From: Candidatus Sungbacteria bacterium RIFCSPLOWO2_01_FULL_47_32
GTDB lineage: Bacteria > Patescibacteriota > Minisyncoccia > Sungbacterales > GWA2-42-14
Length of the DNA: 58,282 bases
Assembly (NCBI GenBank): GCA_001820685.1
Contig: MHQP01000039.1
Span: forward strand, 1-58,282
Reading direction: 5' to 3'
A program made the position numbers and the translations under genes. Within the stretch, counting starts at the first letter, position 1. Each line of letters begins with the position of its first letter. Below, in pieces: positions 10,270-19,010 of the stretch. The notes beneath the pieces were generated by a model that saw nothing but the letters and a program-made list of their open reading frames with translations, did not search any database and was not told the origin of the DNA.

Positions 10270-12525
10270 ATGATAAAGATGACTAAAAAGGATAAAAAGA
10301 AAAAGAAAGACAGGCGGGGGGAAGCCGACAGTTCTCCGCTACGGGAAGACGAGAAGGTTGCGTGGCACGCAGAACTCCACCCCGAGACGAAAAAATCCGT
10401 TCTCGCGGTTGTTTTTTTTGCTCTTACCGCTCTCATGCTGCTTTCTTATTGGGACAAGGCGGGAACCGTCGGCAGGTATCTTCTCGAGATACTTACGTGG
10501 GCATTCGGAAGAGGATTCTTTTTTGCGCCTCTTACATCGCTTCTTGTTGCGTTCTCATTCCTTTTCTCGTTTCGGAAGCATATTTATACCGCGACTCTTA
10601 TCGGCGGGTGCATCTTTTTTGCATCAGCCCTCGGAATACTTGATCTTCTTTTCGGCGACATGACCGGAGGATATATCGGATATGCCGTAACCCGTCCGCT
10701 CTTCTCCCTTTTTGATTATTGGGCGACCCTTGTTATCGAGCTTGCGCTGTTTGCCGTCGCTCTCATGGTTATGCTCAATTTTTCTCTCACGTGGTTCAGG
10801 GAGCAAATGGAAGAAGCGGAGGACGGCAATGATGCAGAAAACGTCGACGGAAAAGAGAAAGCATTTGAGTCCGCGATCAATGATATTAAGGAAGCCATAA
10901 CGGGTGTTGCGGGGAATAACAAAAAAAAGTCGGCAGCGGCTGAAGCATCTGCCGAAACAAAGAAGCCTTCGCATACTGACGCAAAAGAGGAAGAAGAATT
11001 TCTTATCGGAAAAAAACGGGCCCAAGTTTCTTATCAGCAGCCGCCCTTTTCACTTTTAAATAACGATAAAGGAACGCCATCTTCGGGGGATGTGCGGGCG
11101 AATGCCAATATTATCAAACGTACCCTCCAGAATTTCGGAGTTGATGTTGAAATGGACGAGGTAACTGTCGGACCGACTGTTACGCAATATACGCTGAAAC
11201 CGGCGGAAGGAGTAAAGCTTTCAAAAATAGTAACACTTCAGGACAATTTGTCTTTAGCGCTTTCTGCACACCCTCTTCGCATTGAGGCACCCATTCCCGG
11301 GCGCTCTCTTGTCGGCATTGAAGTTCCAAACAAGTCCATCGCGCTTGTCGGGCTCCGGAGCCTTCTTGAACACGCCGGATTTCAGAACGCTTCCGGTTCT
11401 CTCATGTTTGCGTTAGGGCGCGACGTTGCGGGAGAGGCGGTATTTGCGAACCTTGCAAAGATGCCGCACCTTCTTATCGCGGGGAGCACCGGCTCGGGAA
11501 AAAGTGTCGCAATCCAATCCATTCTTATGGCGCTTTTGTTCAGAAATCCTCCCGAGATGATGAAATTTATCATGATCGACCCCAAACGCGTGGAACTTTC
11601 AATTTATAACGGTATTCCTCATTTGTTCGCCCCAGTCATCGTTGAATCCAAAAAGGCAATTTTAGCGCTCCGATGGGCGGCCAGAGAAATGGAAAAGAGA
11701 TACGAACTGTTATCGGCCGCGCACGCTCGTGATATTTCCGGCTATAATGCGGGCGTTGTCAGCAAAAACTCAAAGAAAAAAGATAGGGAAGGAGAGGAAG
11801 GAGAGGAAGATATTATTCCATACATCATTATTGTCATTGATGAGCTTGCGGACCTCATGATGGCGTATCCTCGCGAAGTTGAAGCTTCCGTCGTTCGGCT
11901 CGCCCAGATGGCGCGGGCTGTCGGTATTCATCTTATTGTTTCAACCCAGCGCCCGTCTGTTGAGGTCATAACCGGCCTTATTAAAGCGAACATCACGTCT
12001 CGCATCGCGTTCAAGGTTGCTTCACAAATAGATTCGCGCACAATTCTTGACACGTCGGGCGCTGAAAAACTTCTTGGAAATGGTGACATGCTGTATCTGG
12101 CGGGAGACGCTGCAAGCCCAAGAAGAATTCAGGGAGCGTTCGTCTCCGAAAGCGAGGTGAAGAAGGTCGTTGAGTTTTTAAAGAACGAAGTCGAGGGCGT
12201 GCCGGAATATTCCGATGAACTTTTCACGCCGGTAACAAGCGCATCATCTCAGGAAACCCAAGGGCAGATCGACTTTAATGACCTCGATGGTGGGAGTGAT
12301 GACGAGCTTTATAACGAAGCGGAAACGCTCGTTATCGAGGCGGGAAAGGCATCCGCTTCATACCTGCAGCGCAGGCTCAAGGTCGGATACGCCCGTGCGG
12401 CGCGTCTCCTTGATATGCTCGAAAAAAACGGTATTATTGGTCCGGGAGACGGGGCGAAGCCCCGGGAGATACTTGTGCCTCGCGACGAAAAAAGCGCGAG
12501 TGAAGAAGAACAGGAACTTTCGTAA
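10270..12525 (+). CDS. ftsK: DNA translocase FtsK/SpoIIIE
   Basis: N-terminal TM helices and a charged linker. Motor domain has Walker A GSTGSGKSV and Walker B IIVIDELADL. C-terminal gamma winged helix (ASYLQRRLKVGYARAARLLDMLEKNGIIG). Confidence 0.93.
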   Translation: MIKMTKKDKKKKKDRRGEADSSPLREDEKVAWHAELHPETKKSVLAVVFFALTALMLLSYWDKAGTVGRYLLEILTWAFGRGFFFAPLTSLLVAFSFLFSFRKHIYTATLIGGCIFFASALGILDLLFGDMTGGYIGYAVTRPLFSLFDYWATLVIELALFAVALMVMLNFSLTWFREQMEEAEDGNDAENVDGKEKAFESAINDIKEAITGVAGNNKKKSAAAEASAETKKPSHTDAKEEEEFLIGKKRAQVSYQQPPFSLLNNDKGTPSSGDVRANANIIKRTLQNFGVDVEMDEVTVGPTVTQYTLKPAEGVKLSKIVTLQDNLSLALSAHPLRIEAPIPGRSLVGIEVPNKSIALVGLRSLLEHAGFQNASGSLMFALGRDVAGEAVFANLAKMPHLLIAGSTGSGKSVAIQSILMALLFRNPPEMMKFIMIDPKRVELSIYNGIPHLFAPVIVESKKAILALRWAAREMEKRYELLSAAHARDISGYNAGVVSKNSKKKDREGEEGEEDIIPYIIIVIDELADLMMAYPREVEASVVRLAQMARAVGIHLIVSTQRPSVEVITGLIKANITSRIAFKVASQIDSRTILDTSGAEKLLGNGDMLYLAGDAASPRRIQGAFVSESEVKKVVEFLKNEVEGVPEYSDELFTPVTSASSQETQGQIDFNDLDGGSDDELYNEAETLVIEAGKASASYLQRRLKVGYARAARLLDMLEKNGIIGPGDGAKPREILVPRDEKSASEEEQELS

Positions 12526-12653
12526 TGTATGCCAGGCAGTGGAACTTCGGTTTCAAGATTTTTACGGAGTTTCCTTGCGGGCAAAGAAGAAATAAGAGTT
12601 TTTAAGAGTGTTTATGTTTGTTAATATACCTAACCGAAGTTTTACTATCCGGT

Positions 12654-13298
12654 ATGGAGCAAGAACACAATTTCGGAGACATACTAAGACAAGCGCGCGA
12701 GTCAAAGCGACTTGACACAAAAGAGGCTTCCGTGGTCGCAAAAGTTCCATCTGAAGCAATACAAGCGCTTGAGGAAATGGATGTCTCGGCTCTTCCGCCG
12801 CGAGTGTATACTCGGGGTTTTTTGCATAAATATATTGAGATACTCGGGATAGGAGAAGAAGTCTCGGCAGATGAATATCTCGATATTCTTTTTCCTGATA
12901 CGAAAAAATTTTTGGCAAATCCCGTTGCCGAAGCATCATCGCGCCCCCTTTCCCGCTCGCGGCTATTTACCTACATCGGCGTTTCACTGGTTCTTGCTTC
13001 ACTCGCGTTTTATTTTTCATATCAGTTCCGTTTTTTGGTACGCCTTCCGGAGATTGTCCTTGAAGAACCTGCCGGCGACATGGTTATTGCCGAGGGGACG
13101 ACAACTCCCTTTGAAGTCCGTGGGAGAATTGACCCGTCGTTTCGCTTGACTTTGAACGGCAGGCCCCTTTATAGTAGTGAAGCGGGCGAATTCAAACAGG
13201 CAATCTATCTTGCATCCGGCCTGAATACGCTTGAGTTTGCAGTGACAAACAACCTTGGAAAAACATCAAGAGTCATTCGCCATCTTTTAGTAAAATAA
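12654..13298 (+). CDS. RodZ-like protein (XRE-type HTH, TM anchor, C-terminal beta domain)
   Basis: The HTH (FGDILRQARESKRLDTKEASVVAKVPSEAIQALE) is followed by a single TM (LFTYIGVSLVLASLAFYF). ATG at 12654 is preferred over the upstream TTG at 12618. Confidence 0.6.
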   Translation: MEQEHNFGDILRQARESKRLDTKEASVVAKVPSEAIQALEEMDVSALPPRVYTRGFLHKYIEILGIGEEVSADEYLDILFPDTKKFLANPVAEASSRPLSRSRLFTYIGVSLVLASLAFYFSYQFRFLVRLPEIVLEEPAGDMVIAEGTTTPFEVRGRIDPSFRLTLNGRPLYSSEAGEFKQAIYLASGLNTLEFAVTNNLGKTSRVIRHLLVK

Positions 13299-13461
13299 TA
13301 AAGAGCCGAGAGGCCCTTTGACCTGCCGGTAGGTAGGCGCGGCTTCGCTCCTCGGCCGTTCGTATCGAGTGGTACGGACTGGGTCAGGGGCCTTGAGTCC
13401 GCAATCGCGGTCGGGACGCGCCGCCATTCGCTTAGCGCAATAAAAAATTAAAAAAACATTT

Positions 13462-14484
13462 ATGCAAAAAGACGAAAAAGAAAACAAGATGAAAGCTCTG
13501 GATGATGCCATCAAAGGCATTCAGGAAAAATTCGGAGATGGCGCCATCATGAAGCTTGGGGATGCCAGGCGGGTTGATGTTGATGCTATTCCGACCGGCT
13601 CGTTTACGCTTGATTTGGCACTCGGCGTCGGAGGCGTTCCGCGAGGGCGCATTATTGAGGTGTTTGGGCCCGAATCAAGCGGAAAAACCACGTTGGCACT
13701 TCACATTGTAGCCGAAGCCCAAAAGAAAGGCGGACTTGCCGCTTTTGTAGACGCGGAGCACGCGCTTGACCCGGAATACGCTAAAAAGATAGGCGTTAAA
13801 ATAAACGACCTTCTTATCTCCCAGCCCGATACGGGTGAGCAAGCTCTTGAAATTGTCGAGTCGCTTGTACGTTCCCAATCGGTTGATATCATTGTCATTG
13901 ACTCTGTTGCGGCCCTCACTCCAGCTGCTGAAATAGAGGGGGATATGGGACAACAGCACATGGGGCTTCAAGCCAGGCTCATGTCGCATGCGTTGCGGAA
14001 GCTTACCGCGATTGTCGCAAAATCGAAGACCGTCGTTATTTTCATAAACCAGATCCGCATGCAAATAGGAGTATTTTTTGGAAATCCCGAAACAACGCCG
14101 GGAGGAAAAGCATTAAAATTTTATTCGTCGGTTCGCATTGATATTCGCCGGGCCGCCCAGATAAAGAAGGGAGAAGAAGTTATTGGGAACCGCGTGAAAG
14201 TAAAAATAGTGAAAAACAAAGTCGCGCCCCCTTTCAGGACCGCTGAATTTGATATTTTTTACAACCAAGGAATCTCGCCTGAAGCGGAGATTCTGACCAT
14301 TGGAGAGAAATACGATGTCATCAAAAAGTCCGGCGCAAGCTACGCGTTCGGCAACACCAAGCTTGGCCACGGGTTTGATTCCGCGCGAAAATATTTGCAG
14401 GAAAATAAAAAGATAATGGATGAAATTAAAAAAACGCTGAAGGAAAAGATGAAAGAAGAAGCGGCCGCCGCCGAAAAAACCTAG
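13462..14484 (+). CDS. recA: Recombinase RecA
   Basis: Full-length RecA pattern: Walker [23 protein letters not shown], and L1/L2 loop regions. Confidence 0.97.
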   Translation: MQKDEKENKMKALDDAIKGIQEKFGDGAIMKLGDARRVDVDAIPTGSFTLDLALGVGGVPRGRIIEVFGPESSGKTTLALHIVAEAQKKGGLAAFVDAEHALDPEYAKKIGVKINDLLISQPDTGEQALEIVESLVRSQSVDIIVIDSVAALTPAAEIEGDMGQQHMGLQARLMSHALRKLTAIVAKSKTVVIFINQIRMQIGVFFGNPETTPGGKALKFYSSVRIDIRRAAQIKKGEEVIGNRVKVKIVKNKVAPPFRTAEFDIFYNQGISPEAEILTIGEKYDVIKKSGASYAFGNTKLGHGFDSARKYLQENKKIMDEIKKTLKEKMKEEAAAAEKT

Positions 14485-14505
14485 TATGGTCGTACGGTAG
14501 GTAGC

Positions 14506-14535
14506 AAGCCCCGACACGAGTCGGGGCTTGATTTC
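14506..14535 (+). terminator. Terminator after recA
   Basis: 10-bp stem AAGCCCCGAC/GTCGGGGCTT, loop ACGA, then GATTTCATTT (weak T tract). Confidence 0.6.
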
Positions 14536-14745
14536 ATTTAGAGGTCGTCCGAGTCTTTGTTCTGCTTAACATTGTAAAGCGTAGCCCTGCCTGCCGGCAG
14601 GCGCCTTGGCTCACATTATTCTGAAATAACAAGAGAAGCCTTAAACCTCTAACGGGGTTGAATTTTTTATTAAAATCATTATAATGATGTAGCGGTTGAG
14701 GCGGGTTTCCGCATCATACAAAGAGTCCATTCGGGGGGAGAGCGA

Positions 14746-15294
14746 ATGAAGATTCTTAAAAGAGAAACGGCTTATGAAGGGCCATATATCCGCGTTATAA
14801 ACAACCACTTTATCACGAAAAACGGAAAACCGGCTGTATGGCAGTCGGTCGAGCGGCCGAACTCAAAAATGATCGTTATCGTTTTTACGCTGACGAAAGA
14901 GCGCGAAGTCGTCCTCGTGCGCCAATTCCGCATACCACAAAACTCATTTGTGATTGAGAGCCCTGCCGGGCTTTGCGATAAGCTAGGCGAAACGTATGAA
15001 GATGCGGCACGCCGCGAGCTTCTTGAAGAAACCGGCTATCGGGCAAAACGCCTGATAAAAATAAACGAAGGGCCGTTCAATTCCGGTATGTCAAAAGATC
15101 AGGCCATCATTTTTTTTGCCGAGGGGGCTGAAAAAGTCGCAGGGCAGGACCTGGATGACTCCGAAGAAATTGAGGTTATAAAAGTTCCTCTTGAAAATTT
15201 AGTCGAGTTTCTCACGAGTCTCCCCGAAGACACTCTTGCCGATATAAAGATACTGGGTTCGCTTCCCATTCTTGAGGCCCGAGGGCTCATCTAA
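14746..15294 (+). CDS. NUDIX hydrolase (ADP-ribose pyrophosphatase-like)
   Basis: Nudix box GLCDKLGETYEDAARRELLEETG (Gx5Ex7REUxEExGU). SD GGGGGGAG lies 5 nt upstream of the ATG. Confidence 0.85.
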   Translation: MKILKRETAYEGPYIRVINNHFITKNGKPAVWQSVERPNSKMIVIVFTLTKEREVVLVRQFRIPQNSFVIESPAGLCDKLGETYEDAARRELLEETGYRAKRLIKINEGPFNSGMSKDQAIIFFAEGAEKVAGQDLDDSEEIEVIKVPLENLVEFLTSLPEDTLADIKILGSLPILEARGLI

Positions 15295-15349
15295 ATAAAA
15301 ACCGTCCCGCTGTTAGCAGGACGGATTTTTTTGTAAAAAATATCAGCGT

Positions 15350-15583
15350 CTATCGTATAACATACGGAACAAGCGCCAAAAATCTTGCCCGTTTAATTGC
15401 CTGTGCAAGTTCGCGCTGGTGCTTCGTGCATGTTCCAGTCTTCCGCTTTTTCGATATCTTTGCCTGACCCGACATAAACTTCCGCAGGGATTCTGCGTCT
15501 TTGTAATCAATGATGGCTGACGTCGTGCAAAAACTGCACGGGGCGTTGGTTTTAGTTGTTTCCTGATATTGGTATCGTGCCAT
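15350..15583 (-). CDS. rpsR: 30S ribosomal protein S18
   Basis: Typical S18 pattern: C.FC...IDYKD...KISKKRKTGTC.KHQRELAQAIKRARFLALVPY. Last gene of the rpsF-ssb-rpsR operon. Confidence 0.9.
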   Translation of the reverse strand: MARYQYQETTKTNAPCSFCTTSAIIDYKDAESLRKFMSGQAKISKKRKTGTCTKHQRELAQAIKRARFLALVPYVIR

Positions 15584-15588
15584 ATGGA

Positions 15589-16053
15589 TTAAAAGGGTAT
15601 GTCCTCGGGATTAATTTCGCCTTCGTCCGCGGGATACTGGACGGTCTCAAGCGTTTCTTCTTTTGCCACGGGTCCCTGGGCCGAGGCACCAGAATCCTGA
15701 CTGCCGCCTCCGCTGCCACCTCCTGTGCGCGGACCGAACTGGACATTTTCCGCGACTATCTCGGTTCTGTATTTTTTTTGTCCTGATTGCTTGTCATCCC
15801 AGCTTCGCGTTTGTATCCTCCCTTCTACAAGAACCGAACGTCCTTTGGCGAGATACTGCTTGCACAGCTCGCCCAACTTGCCCCACGCGACGACATTGTG
15901 GAATTCAGCAAGTTTTTGCTTAGCCCCCGATTTGTCCGTATAAAGCCGGTTTGTTGCCACTGAAAAAGAGCACACGGCTTGTCCCGACGGAATATTCTTA
16001 AGTTCCGGGTCCCGAGTTAAATTTCCAAGGATAAAAATTTTATTCAGGTTCAT
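15589..16053 (-). CDS. ssb: Single-stranded DNA-binding protein
   Basis: OB-fold N-terminus (LGNLTRDPELK...), Gly-rich linker and acidic tip EDIPF. Confidence 0.93.
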   Translation of the reverse strand: MNLNKIFILGNLTRDPELKNIPSGQAVCSFSVATNRLYTDKSGAKQKLAEFHNVVAWGKLGELCKQYLAKGRSVLVEGRIQTRSWDDKQSGQKKYRTEIVAENVQFGPRTGGGSGGGSQDSGASAQGPVAKEETLETVQYPADEGEINPEDIPF

Positions 16054-16090
16054 TTTTAAATCACATTACGAATAATCACTTTTTGTTTTT

Positions 16091-16546
16091 TTATTCTTTC
16101 CCCAAAATTTCTTCGAGTTTCTTGTCGAGTTCTGCGATGTTCATTCTTTCTTTTTCCTCCGTCTCCCGTGGAATTGCGGGTGTCGTTCCCTGGGGCTTGT
16201 CCGGCCTTTTTTGGAAGGGGGTCCTGCGAACATACTCATGGACCCGTTTTGGAACAAACACGACGAGGAACCTCAACAGGGATTTTTCTTCAAAATTCAA
16301 TTTTTTCTTCAAAACCTCAACCTGCTCCGGATACATCGAGAATGTCGTCCATCCGAAATACGCGAACCGGTGCTTTCCGAGATGGTAGGCAAGGCGGCGC
16401 TTTTTCGGCTCTTCTATTTTGCTTACAGCGCCGTTAGCGTCCTGAATAAGCGAGGTGACTTTTCCAGCCACGCCGAATACACCGTCCTCTCCGACTTCGG
16501 GCGTTATAAGATACGCAATTTCGTAGTTTTTTGGCTCCGTTTCCAT
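16091..16546 (-). CDS. rpsF: 30S ribosomal protein S6 (with C-terminal extension)
   Basis: The YEIAYLI... start and the position upstream of ssb-rpsR fit S6. There is a basic/acidic C-terminal tail. Confidence 0.85.
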   Translation of the reverse strand: METEPKNYEIAYLITPEVGEDGVFGVAGKVTSLIQDANGAVSKIEEPKKRRLAYHLGKHRFAYFGWTTFSMYPEQVEVLKKKLNFEEKSLLRFLVVFVPKRVHEYVRRTPFQKRPDKPQGTTPAIPRETEEKERMNIAELDKKLEEILGKE

Positions 16547-16680
16547 TCCGTTCTTAGATATATAAAAGATATATAAAATAGCCTATTAATAGCTACCGAA
16601 AATCAGTATAGCAGAAGCTTAAAAATGATGCAAGATGCCCGCGCGTGTTATATGCCCTCCTGCATTTTTGGGGGAATAAT

Positions 16681-16702
16681 AAAAAAGCCCTGTATTTAGG
16701 GC
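16681..16702 (-). terminator. Terminator after the ClpP-like gene
   Basis: On the minus strand: GCCCT-AAATACA-GGGC followed by TTTTTT. Confidence 0.6.
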
Positions 16703-16707
16703 GTTTC

Positions 16708-17343
16708 CTACTTTATATTTTCTTCGGAAGCGATATCGCTCAAACTTACGATTTTATGGTCGGCGAATCCTTTTTCAATTGTCTCGTCAGCACTCATCCA
16801 ATGGTCACGTTCAATTAGCACCTCAAGTTCACCTGTGGGTGTTCCAGAGAGTTCTGACAGGATTCGAACATAGGTATCTTTTACCTTTTCAAATTGTTTC
16901 AGGGCGATAGCCATATCTTTCGGATCTCCCTGGGCTCCGCCATGCGGAAGATGGATCATCGTCTTCGAATTCGGAAAGATGAAGCGCTTGCCTCGTTTTC
17001 CTGCAGCAAGAATTGGAACCGCGGCAGAAGCTACAATCCCCCTGGCAATCGTATAAACCGGGGACCTAAGCGAATTGATAGTGTCGTAAAGCAACAGGCA
17101 GGTGTCCGCGATGCCTCCGGGGGAATCAATAAAAAGGCGAATAGGTTTTTCCTCCAAATTATCAAGATAAAAAAGCTGGTCCATGACTCCGCGGGGCGAA
17201 GTCGGCCATCCCATCGGCATGGTAGGGTCGTTGCAATAATCATATGTCATGACACCTTCAAGAAAAAGAATGCGCTTTTCGAAAAATGTCTGCCTCAAAA
17301 ACTTCTGATTTTCAGTCCGGAATTCCTTGTCCGCCGCAAGCAT
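16708..17343 (-). CDS. ClpP-family serine protease
   Basis: ClpP blocks IDSPGG, AAGKRGKRFIFPNSKTMIHLPHGG and ERDHWMSA, with Ser/His/Asp candidates retained. The start is set at the Met preceded by GGAG (7-nt spacer). The longer ORF to 17544 would overlap the divergent gene. Confidence 0.8.
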   Translation of the reverse strand: MLAADKEFRTENQKFLRQTFFEKRILFLEGVMTYDYCNDPTMPMGWPTSPRGVMDQLFYLDNLEEKPIRLFIDSPGGIADTCLLLYDTINSLRSPVYTIARGIVASAAVPILAAGKRGKRFIFPNSKTMIHLPHGGAQGDPKDMAIALKQFEKVKDTYVRILSELSGTPTGELEVLIERDHWMSADETIEKGFADHKIVSLSDIASEENIK

Positions 17344-17481
17344 GGGTAGCTCCACAATTTTAAAAGAACATACTGTGAGCATACGATAAAACAAAAGTCC
17401 CGCAATATTGACAATTAGATAAAAAAGTATTAGTATAAAAGACAGTGTTTTTGAGGATAGAGTTCTTGGGAGAGGACGCGG

Positions 17482-18015
17482 ATGTTTGTCGATCTGGCTA
17501 TCGGTATGGTTGTCTATACCGCCACATCGTATTGTACCGGACACTCATTCAATTTGCTCTTTTTTATAATCGGTTTGAAGTTCGCTTTTTTTCCTGACTT
17601 AGACTTCGTTCCGTTTATTCTCCTGCGGAGGCGGTATAACCTCGCGAGCCATCACTTTATTCATTTTCCGCTGGTTCTTCCGACGCTGGGCGCGGCTTTC
17701 TGGTTTTTTGTTACCGGCGGATGGTATTTTCCCGCGATGTTCTTTTTTGGGACGATGGGGCATCTTATCCACGACAGTTTCTCGCATGGTGGCATTCGAT
17801 GGCTTTGGCCGTTCTCGAATGAGCACTATACATTTGCGGGCTGGCGTGTTGCGAAAGCTGTGAGGCGTAAAGAAATAATTGAGCGTCTTACCGCAAGCGC
17901 TTCGCACCGGAGTGCTATTGATGAGTTTCTGATGCGTTGGGAACATCCAACCGCGGGCAGTATCGCGTTCCTTCTCACGGCGCTGGCTTTCCTTATTATA
18001 TTTATTTCGAGCTAG
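17482..18015 (+). CDS. Membrane-bound metal-dependent hydrolase (YdjM/DUF457-like)
   Basis: Several TM helices with His/Asp motifs typical of the family (GHSF, PDLDF, HHFIHFP, GHLIHDSFSHGG). Confidence 0.6.
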   Translation: MFVDLAIGMVVYTATSYCTGHSFNLLFFIIGLKFAFFPDLDFVPFILLRRRYNLASHHFIHFPLVLPTLGAAFWFFVTGGWYFPAMFFFGTMGHLIHDSFSHGGIRWLWPFSNEHYTFAGWRVAKAVRRKEIIERLTASASHRSAIDEFLMRWEHPTAGSIAFLLTALAFLIIFISS

Positions 18016-18166
18016 GATCGAGTTTTATTAAGCAAGAGAGTGGCACAGAGTCGCTCTTTTTTGTTGCATGCGCTTGTTAAATTTGCCGCAGATCAGCTTG
18101 ACAAAGCATCTTTTTTGTTATACTCTTGTTTTACGCCGATTGTGCAGCAATGGGGGGGAGCGTTCT

Positions 18167-18988
18167 TTGAGAAAAAATAAGTTCGCAGATATTACGCCAA
18201 ATATAGTGTGGGATTCGCTGGATGAGGCGGAGTGGAAAAATCCTCCCAAAAGTTTCGAGAGAGAAATTCACTCGCTATTTCGCGGCATCTATCCTCAAGA
18301 AAAGATACGCTCACTGCAGACATATAACCCGACGATTATCGGATATGACCATAGGAGCCCTCTTCTGGTTGGGCGAATTGCGGAACTGCTTTCCAAATTA
18401 AGAAAGTCTCAACCACAGTGCAGGATTGCGATGGAAATACTTCCGCCTTTGGCGCATGAATGGATTACGGACTTTCTTCGCGATGAAAAGGAATATAACG
18501 AACGCGGAACGATTCACGGCAAAAAACCAGCCGAAGGGCTGGTAGCGAACTTACTGGCGTATAGAAGCAAGTTGGCTAAAAACCACGGAGAGGCATTACT
18601 GCTCTGGCTTCTGGAAAACGAATTTTCCGTCATTTCAATTGAGCATCCGAACGTTATGGATTGGATACGGCAGGACGAGCACGACCAGCGCCTTGCTGAG
18701 GGAAAAGAGGACGTGTGCTTAGGAGTGCCGTGGCGTCACATTCGTTCGTTCTACACCGCAATTCGGAGAGATATCCACGGGCTTGGGGTTTTGGAGAGCG
18801 AACAGCCGGATATTATATGTGTTGGCGTGTACCACGCCATCAAGTACGATCTTTTATTGAAGAGAGACGGGAAAAAAAGCTATTACTTTTTAAGTGAGGA
18901 GTTCGTTGAAAAACAACTGGAATGGCGGCTTCTTTTCAAGATCTGGAAAGCTTCCCACGAAGCCTATCTAAAAAAACCGCCCCGATGA
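18167..18988 (+). CDS. Hypothetical protein (273 aa from a TTG start)
   Basis: TTG at 18167 is preceded by GGGGGGAG with a 6-nt spacer, and TTGACA lies upstream at about 18097. No recognisable domain. The ORF track's upstream start at 18068 lacks an SD. Confidence 0.5.
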   Translation: MRKNKFADITPNIVWDSLDEAEWKNPPKSFEREIHSLFRGIYPQEKIRSLQTYNPTIIGYDHRSPLLVGRIAELLSKLRKSQPQCRIAMEILPPLAHEWITDFLRDEKEYNERGTIHGKKPAEGLVANLLAYRSKLAKNHGEALLLWLLENEFSVISIEHPNVMDWIRQDEHDQRLAEGKEDVCLGVPWRHIRSFYTAIRRDIHGLGVLESEQPDIICVGVYHAIKYDLLLKRDGKKSYYFLSEEFVEKQLEWRLLFKIWKASHEAYLKKPPR

Positions 18989-19010
18989 TCATCGGGGCGT
19001 TTTTTATTTC

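Noticed and set aside
13303-13438. SRP (4.5S) RNA identity for the GC-rich elements at 13.3 kb, 29.4 kb, 42.2 kb and 51.1 kb
   Set aside because: None contains the conserved helix-8 signature (GGUCC-GGAA-GGAAGCAGCC or a close variant). There are only loose resemblances such as CC-GGUA-GGUAGGCG, so I left them unclassified.
13327-14504. An exact 10-nt direct repeat CGGTAGGTAG flanking recA (13327-36 and 14495-504), as possible recombination or cassette boundaries
   Set aside because: A single 10-mer match is expected many times by chance in a 58-kb window. There is no extended similarity around the copies.
17344-17544. A membrane-anchored long isoform of the ClpP-like protease as the primary annotation
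   Set aside because: It would overlap the divergent YdjM-like gene start by 63 nt, and the upstream ATG has no SD. The internal Met at 17343 has a GGAG 7 nt upstream. I kept the long form only as an alternative in the findings.
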